Origin: Coprothermobacterota bacterium | GTDB taxonomy: Bacteria > Coprothermobacterota > Coprothermobacteria > Coprothermobacterales > Coprothermobacteraceae | NCBI GenBank assembly: GCA_036679065.1 | Contig: JAZIGN010000004.1 | Coordinates: 131,251 to 195,250 of the forward strand | Length of the DNA: 64,000 bases | Reading direction: 5' to 3' | Part shown: positions 58,985 through 64,000 of the stretch, piece after piece | Position numbering within the stretch: position 1 is the first letter of the stretch | Layout of the letters: each line of letters starts with the position of its first letter | Made by a program: the position numbers and the translations under genes | Notes under the pieces: model-generated | What the model saw: only the letters and a program-made list of their open reading frames with translations | Databases searched by the model: none | Told to the model about the DNA's origin: nothing

Positions 58985-59368
58985 TTATTCTCCGATGAAT
59001 TGCTTATATTCTTCAGCGCTCATCAATGTGTCTAATACACTGACGTCACTCAGTTCAATAACCGCAATCCATCCCTCTCCATAAGGATCATCATTTATGA
59101 TTTCTGGGGAGTTTTTGAGTTTCTCGTTAACTTCTACCACTTTTCCTGAAACAGGGCTGTATACATCGCTTGCAGATTTCACAGACTCTAGTGAAGCTAA
59201 CGTCTCTCCCACCTTAATTTCCTGACCCACTGCTGGGAGATTAACGAATACAATATCTCCCAGCTCGTCCTGGGCAAAGTCCGTAATACCCACTGAAACC
59301 TTGTTGCCTTCCAAGACCTTTACCCACTCGTGTTCCTTCGAATACTTTAAACCTTCCAACACTTTCAT
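58985..59368 (-). CDS. gcvH: Glycine cleavage system H protein (lipoyl carrier)
   Basis: Y...[30 protein letters not shown]. Confidence 0.95.
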   Translation of the reverse strand: MKVLEGLKYSKEHEWVKVLEGNKVSVGITDFAQDELGDIVFVNLPAVGQEIKVGETLASLESVKSASDVYSPVSGKVVEVNEKLKNSPEIINDDPYGEGWIAVIELSDVSVLDTLMSAEEYKQFIGE

Positions 59369-59393
59369 CTTTACCTACCTCCTTGGATATGTG

Positions 59394-60092
59394 TTATGGT
59401 CTTACTTCCAATAGTTCACACGGTTGTTTCAGCAATACGTTATTTCCATCGATGGCAGCTATGCGACTTGCAGTAAACGGAAGTTGTAAATCAACTGACT
59501 GAGTATGAAATACGTTACCGTCAATAGTATACACCTGATTGCCATAAAGCATTGCCCACCGAGAAGAATCAACGCTGCCGACGTTCTCCAAAACTTCACC
59601 TTTTACACGCAAGATTTTGACATCCTTGCCGTTGCTCACCAAAAACGTTAAAGGATCTCTACCTACTGTTCCAAAGTACTTATAGCCGCTAGGATAGCCA
59701 ACACTTCTTTTTAGTGACAAATAGTTTTCACCACTGTAGATGTGCATTCCATCCTCAACGAGCACTAAAGCTGTAGCAGTTTTTTCTGAAGAATAAGCTG
59801 TAAAATCAACAATGTTGTCAAAATCCGACTTGTCTGTTCCTATTAAAGAAACCTGGTTACCTTTAAGGGAGCTAAGATGAACCATGCCATCGCTGTACTC
59901 CAAGAACCAAATACTGTCCACATACCACAGCTTCCCAACGTAAATTCCTTTCGACGAACTCACGGCATTCTTCCCATAGTCAGTATAAAGAAAAGAGCCA
60001 TCTGACACGTACCAATGACTATTCTTTACTGCAACCCACTTTCCACTTACGTTTCCCAGACTTGCTTTCGTAGCAGTTTTTACAAATTCCAA
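59394..60092 (-). CDS. Hypothetical beta-rich protein; probably the C-terminal part of a frameshifted gene with 60104..60781
   Basis: Frame stays open upstream to about 60127 (NTTSTTNIGSEVLEF). Beta-propeller-like composition; no signal peptide of its own. Confidence 0.55.
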   Translation of the reverse strand: MEFVKTATKASLGNVSGKWVAVKNSHWYVSDGSFLYTDYGKNAVSSSKGIYVGKLWYVDSIWFLEYSDGMVHLSSLKGNQVSLIGTDKSDFDNIVDFTAYSSEKTATALVLVEDGMHIYSGENYLSLKRSVGYPSGYKYFGTVGRDPLTFLVSNGKDVKILRVKGEVLENVGSVDSSRWAMLYGNQVYTIDGNVFHTQSVDLQLPFTASRIAAIDGNNVLLKQPCELLEVRP

Positions 60093-60103
60093 AACTTCGC
60101 TAC

Positions 60104-60781
60104 CTATATTGGTGGTAGAAGTAGTGTTTCAGGAACGACCGGAGTTGGTTTTCGCCATCCAATGAAATGAGAACTGTTGAATCCAATTAGAAGGCCCATG
60201 ACTGTAACAAGAATTACTGCCACCAAGATTAAGGGAGCAGCTTTTGACCTAAGCGGACTGACGTGAACCCGAGTTGCCGAAGACTCCTCATACATCTGTT
60301 CATCGAATAACTGCTCGATGTATCGTATAAAAATCCTACCCACTCTAAGTCCATTCTCTTCGATACGTAGTACGTCGTCTTCATGAGCAGTAGCTTGGCT
60401 AACCGTCTTAACCCTGCTTCCTTCTTCCTCTTGCCATGTCAGCCTGTGAGTAAAATCAAACAGAGGGTCTGTCAAACAGGTGGTTTTGCCGGATTGTTCA
60501 TGATACACCACCAGGTTGGAATTGTTTATGACCAGCAGATTCATCCCGTAAATAGCGATGAAAAGCCATGGTTGCTCATTTTCATAAAAGTCAGCTATTT
60601 CTTTGTATTCCTCCAGAGTCTCGCGGTTTTCCAGCTCTCGAAGAAGTACATTTGCCAGTTTTTCATTCTTGCTCACAACAATGAGATGGCGTTCTGGGGC
60701 ATTAGGGTCTGGCAATGCCTTATGCGCAACTTTATAAACTGCAGATTCAATTGAAATTTCAATGTTTACTAAAGTTCTCAT
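60104..60781 (-). CDS. Hypothetical membrane protein; N-terminal part of a possibly frameshifted gene
   Basis: ATGA overlap with thrS; one TM helix near the C-terminus; degenerate PP2C-like segments. Confidence 0.6.
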   Translation of the reverse strand: MRTLVNIEISIESAVYKVAHKALPDPNAPERHLIVVSKNEKLANVLLRELENRETLEEYKEIADFYENEQPWLFIAIYGMNLLVINNSNLVVYHEQSGKTTCLTDPLFDFTHRLTWQEEEGSRVKTVSQATAHEDDVLRIEENGLRVGRIFIRYIEQLFDEQMYEESSATRVHVSPLRSKAAPLILVAVILVTVMGLLIGFNSSHFIGWRKPTPVVPETLLLPPI

Positions 60782-62676
60782 AAGTGAACCTTGTTTTCTA
60801 TTTCCTCTTTTATCATGTTTTTGAATTCGTCTAAGGACATTTGTCCCAGATCACCTTTTACACCATGTCTGACTGAGACAACACCAGACTCGACTTCCTT
60901 TGAACCTACAACTAGCATGTAAGGCACCTTTTCCGTTTGACCTCTTCTGATGCGATATCCCAGTTTCGAGCCAGTGTCAGTATCCAGTTTCACCCTAAAC
61001 TCCTTCAAACCCTCTGCAACGCTCTGAGCATACTGCATCTGGTCTTCTGTTATGGGCAATATGCGAACCTGCTCAGGAGCTACCCACAGTGGGAACCAAC
61101 CACTGTATTGCTCGATGAGAAGTGCAAAGAACCGCTCCAATGAACCGAGAAGTGCACGATGTATCATGACAGGCTCATGTTCTAAACCGTCTTGCCCGGT
61201 GTATTTCATGTTGAACCTTCTAGGCAAGTTGAAATCCACTTGTATGGTTGGCCCCTGCCAATATCTGCCCAGTGCGTCTTTCACTTTGATATCAATAGCT
61301 GGCCCATAGAATTTAGCTTCGCCTTCAGCTACTGTGAAATCTAAGTCTCTTGCTTTGAGTGCACCCGACAAAGCTGATTCCGCAAGTTCCCAAACATCGT
61401 CGTCACCCACATACTTATCCTTGTTCTTAGGATCACGGACTGAAAGTTCAATTCTCAAATCCTCAAAACCGAACAATCTGTAAATTCCCAATGCCATGTC
61501 CAAGACCTTTTCCACTTCTTCCTCGACCTGTTCACGAGCGCAGAAGATGTGTGCGTCGTCCTGCGTAAAACCACGGACTCTTAGTAAGCCGTGTAGCACC
61601 CCGCTTCTCTCGAATCGGTATACGGTTCCGAGCTCAGCAAACCTTATGGGGAGCTCTTTGTAACTTCTTGTTTTCGTTTTATAAATTTGTACATGGAACG
61701 GACAGTTCATTGGTTTTACCAGGTATGATTGATTTTCAAGCTCCATCGAAGGGAACATGTTTTCCTTGTAGAAGGAGAGGTGTCCTGAAATCTCCCAAAG
61801 CTTAGTTCGAGCAACATGAGGTGTATAGACAAGTTGGTATCCATTGTCGATGTGTGACTGCCTCCAAAAGTCCTCAATTTCTTTTCTAATAACAGCACCA
61901 TTGGGGTGCCAAAGTATGAGGCCTGGGCCAATGTCCTCGTTTATGGAAAATAAATCGAGTTGTTTGCCAAGTTTACGGTGGTCCCTTCTTTCGGCTTCTT
62001 CTAAGTTATGCAAGAACTCCTCGAGTTCGTCGCTAGTCCAGAAACAGGTTCCATAGATTCTAGTAAGCTGTTCACGGTTTTCGTCACCACGCCAATAGGC
62101 GCCACTTATACTAAGTAACTTGAAGTGTTTAATGAGCCCCGTATTGTTAACGTGCGGACCCCGGCAAAGATCCACAAACTCTCCTTGTCTGTAAACGGTA
62201 ACATAATCGCCTTCAATTTCTTCTATGAGTTCAACTTTGAATGGTTCATTTAGAGACTGAAACAATTTCTTAGCATCTTCCTTAGTCATCACCTGACGTT
62301 CTACGGGCAAACTCTCTTTAGAAAGCCTTACCATTTCTTCTTCAATCCGTGTCAAATCGGCTTCAGTCAAACCTTCTGGTATGAGCATGTCGTAATAGAA
62401 ACCATTTTCGATGGCAGGGCCAATGCCTAGTTTAGTACCTGGGAAAAGATTTTTCACAGCTTGAGCCATTAGATGGGATGCGGAGTGCCTTAGTACTGAT
62501 AAAGCCTCTTCTTTAGAGATAAACTCAACACCATCTTCACCCACGGTAGCGCTTTCATCAGCAGTAAATAGTAAACCGCGGGTTATTATACCAAAGGCAT
62601 CCACATCGGCCTTCGAAATCAGATCTTTTACCTTATATGTTTCGCCTGGGTTCACGTTGATTTTTACGGAGTCCAT
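60778..62676 (-). CDS. thrS: Threonine--tRNA ligase
   Basis: RHSASH, DLCRGPH, RDHRKLG, KPMNCP.H, FTQDDAH, HRA..GS.ERF. Confidence 0.97.
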   Translation of the reverse strand: MDSVKINVNPGETYKVKDLISKADVDAFGIITRGLLFTADESATVGEDGVEFISKEEALSVLRHSASHLMAQAVKNLFPGTKLGIGPAIENGFYYDMLIPEGLTEADLTRIEEEMVRLSKESLPVERQVMTKEDAKKLFQSLNEPFKVELIEEIEGDYVTVYRQGEFVDLCRGPHVNNTGLIKHFKLLSISGAYWRGDENREQLTRIYGTCFWTSDELEEFLHNLEEAERRDHRKLGKQLDLFSINEDIGPGLILWHPNGAVIRKEIEDFWRQSHIDNGYQLVYTPHVARTKLWEISGHLSFYKENMFPSMELENQSYLVKPMNCPFHVQIYKTKTRSYKELPIRFAELGTVYRFERSGVLHGLLRVRGFTQDDAHIFCAREQVEEEVEKVLDMALGIYRLFGFEDLRIELSVRDPKNKDKYVGDDDVWELAESALSGALKARDLDFTVAEGEAKFYGPAIDIKVKDALGRYWQGPTIQVDFNLPRRFNMKYTGQDGLEHEPVMIHRALLGSLERFFALLIEQYSGWFPLWVAPEQVRILPITEDQMQYAQSVAEGLKEFRVKLDTDTGSKLGYRIRRGQTEKVPYMLVVGSKEVESGVVSVRHGVKGDLGQMSLDEFKNMIKEEIENKVHL

Positions 62677-62701
62677 TCACATCACCCCAATAGCAGTTAA
62701 A

Positions 62702-62776
62702 TGGTGGGTGCGGAAGGAATCGAACCTTCGACCTCTACTGTGTCAGAGTAGCGCTCTACCACTGAGCTACGCACCC
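62702..62776 (-). tRNA. tRNA-Val(GAC)
   Basis: GGGTGCGTAGCTCAG...CTACT-CTGACAC-AGTAG...GTTCGATTCC...CCA. Confidence 0.95.
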
Positions 62777-62799
62777 AACTGGATTATATGATAACACAC

Positions 62800-63891
62800 T
62801 CAGAGCAACGACTTCAACTCTGCCGATAACCCTTCGATTATGAAAGGGTTAACACCAGGTTGGATAAACAGTTCGTAAGGTGGTTTGACAGTGCCATCTG
62901 CACTTAGAGACAACGACTCGCCCTGTATAAAGCCGGTCCATGCCATTACAATTGGGTCTGCATAGCCACCCATCTCAAATGGTGTGGGAGTTACATGACT
63001 GTTCACTGGACCAGTCGATTGTATGATGTGAGCGGCGGCCAGCATGTGCTCTTCATCATCCCATCTGGTACGCACTATGATGTCCGAAAAAGGAAAGCGT
63101 TCCTTAAGTGTGTTGTTCAAGCGTTCTAGCATTAGCTGCTTAGAAAGCAAAGCGTTATAAACCATTATGGGAGCCAAGAACAATCCTTGAAAAGCACCTT
63201 TAAGAAAACTACCAGTTGCTCCTTGCTCTTTTGCTAGGGCAGGGCCAAATAAGACTTCGCTAACCTTGTCTACTAGTTCTTTCTTGCCAGCAACATAGGC
63301 ACCAGTAGGCGTCACAGTACCTCCTAAATTCTTTATCAGGGAACCAAACACAATATCTGCCCCCACCTGAGATGGTTCTAAGTCTTCAACGAACTCGCCA
63401 TAACAATTGTCCACCACAATGACAGCATCAGGGTTTAACGACCTAAACAGGTCGATAGCCTTCCTTAGCTCATCTATGTTCAACCCTTCGTGCCATCTGT
63501 AGCCTCCAGACCTTTGTAGCCACAAGACATCAGCATTGACTGGTTCATCGTTTAAATCCCAAACAACCCACTTCCACAGCAGGTGCTTAATATTTCCAAA
63601 AACACTATCATAAGGCTCACAAGGGGAAAAAGCAACCTTCTTTTTTGCTAAATCCAGGCTCATGGCTACCAGATACGCTACATGAGTGCCAGAAGAAATG
63701 TTCGGTCTGACCAGTGAGGCTTCAGCCCCAAAACAATAAGCGTATGCCTTTTCAAGTTTTTCACGTCCAAAGTCATCTAAACCATAGCCTGTACTTCCCC
63801 AAAGATCTGATTCTGCAAGACGAACCTCTTTAAGAGCGTTTAGTACCTTCACAGAATTTGATTCAGCAGTTTTCCAAAGTTGATTGAACAA
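62800..63891 (-). CDS. PLP-dependent methionine gamma-lyase / aluminium-resistance (YnbB) family protein
   Basis: STGYG.DD.GRE.LE..YA..FG.E..LVRP...SGTH, QRS.GY, VDNCYGEFVE, GSLIKN.GG. Confidence 0.88.
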   Translation of the reverse strand: MFNQLWKTAESNSVKVLNALKEVRLAESDLWGSTGYGLDDFGREKLEKAYAYCFGAEASLVRPNISSGTHVAYLVAMSLDLAKKKVAFSPCEPYDSVFGNIKHLLWKWVVWDLNDEPVNADVLWLQRSGGYRWHEGLNIDELRKAIDLFRSLNPDAVIVVDNCYGEFVEDLEPSQVGADIVFGSLIKNLGGTVTPTGAYVAGKKELVDKVSEVLFGPALAKEQGATGSFLKGAFQGLFLAPIMVYNALLSKQLMLERLNNTLKERFPFSDIIVRTRWDDEEHMLAAAHIIQSTGPVNSHVTPTPFEMGGYADPIVMAWTGFIQGESLSLSADGTVKPPYELFIQPGVNPFIIEGLSAELKSLL

Positions 63892-64000
63892 GAGTTAAAA
63901 CCTCCTCGACTAGCGTGTCTGGAGACTTTTCAGACACATCAAACCAGACTATTGTTTTGTCTTTCTTAAGCCATTTGATTTGCTTTCTAGCGTATGTCCA
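63863..64000 (-). CDS. miaA: tRNA dimethylallyltransferase C-terminus (5'-partial)
   Basis: WTYARKQIKWLKKDKTIVWFD... matches the MiaA YAKRQ.TW motif; miaA commonly lies upstream of ynbB. Confidence 0.65.
   Translation of the reverse strand, partial: WTYARKQIKWLKKDKTIVWFDVSEKSPDTLVEEVLTLVQSTLENC

Noticed and set aside
1..64000. CRISPR arrays, IS elements, prophage, defence systems, rRNA
   Set aside because: No regularly spaced repeats, transposase, integrase, phage or defence motifs, or rRNA sequence were seen by eye; almost all space is filled by identifiable genes.

Overview
A gene-dense, mostly housekeeping 64 kb window from a bacterial chromosome. Gene order is Firmicutes-like but reduced, and several genes have divergent motifs. 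An anaerobic thermophile such as Coprothermobacter is my guess from sequence style, not verified. Contents in order: tgt-secD-secF-apt-rel-dtd; a CMD/AhpD protein; an ABC exporter; seven tRNAs; a DUF355 protein; hrcA-prmA-rsmE-mtaB with no grpE/dnaK/dnaJ; an orphan FecCD/BtuC ABC pair; hit-rpsU; two-subunit fumarate hydratase-purB; ftsK; pyk-(FtsL/B-like)-DUF501-trxB-clpC-radA-PIN/TRAM-ispDF-cysS-rlmB; tandem PPi- and ATP-type phosphofructokinases; a nucleoside-type ABC importer; nfo; an acetoin-dehydrogenase-like cluster with a split E2 next to UlaA/UlaB-type PTS genes; a ClpG-like Hsp100; rubredoxin; a ChvE/GguAB sugar ABC importer; and the minus-strand run miaA(partial)-YnbB-like-tRNA-Val-thrS-(frameshifted membrane protein)-gcvH-rho-thyX-tdk-prfA-prmC. 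No CRISPR array, IS element or prophage was seen. The best leads are: an apparent ATT start codon on rel, a TGT lacking all four zinc ligands, a stand-alone-type ClpG-like disaggregase, the split-E2 dehydrogenase/PTS locus, a frameshift-split pseudo-PP2C membrane protein, and recurrent leaderless transcripts.
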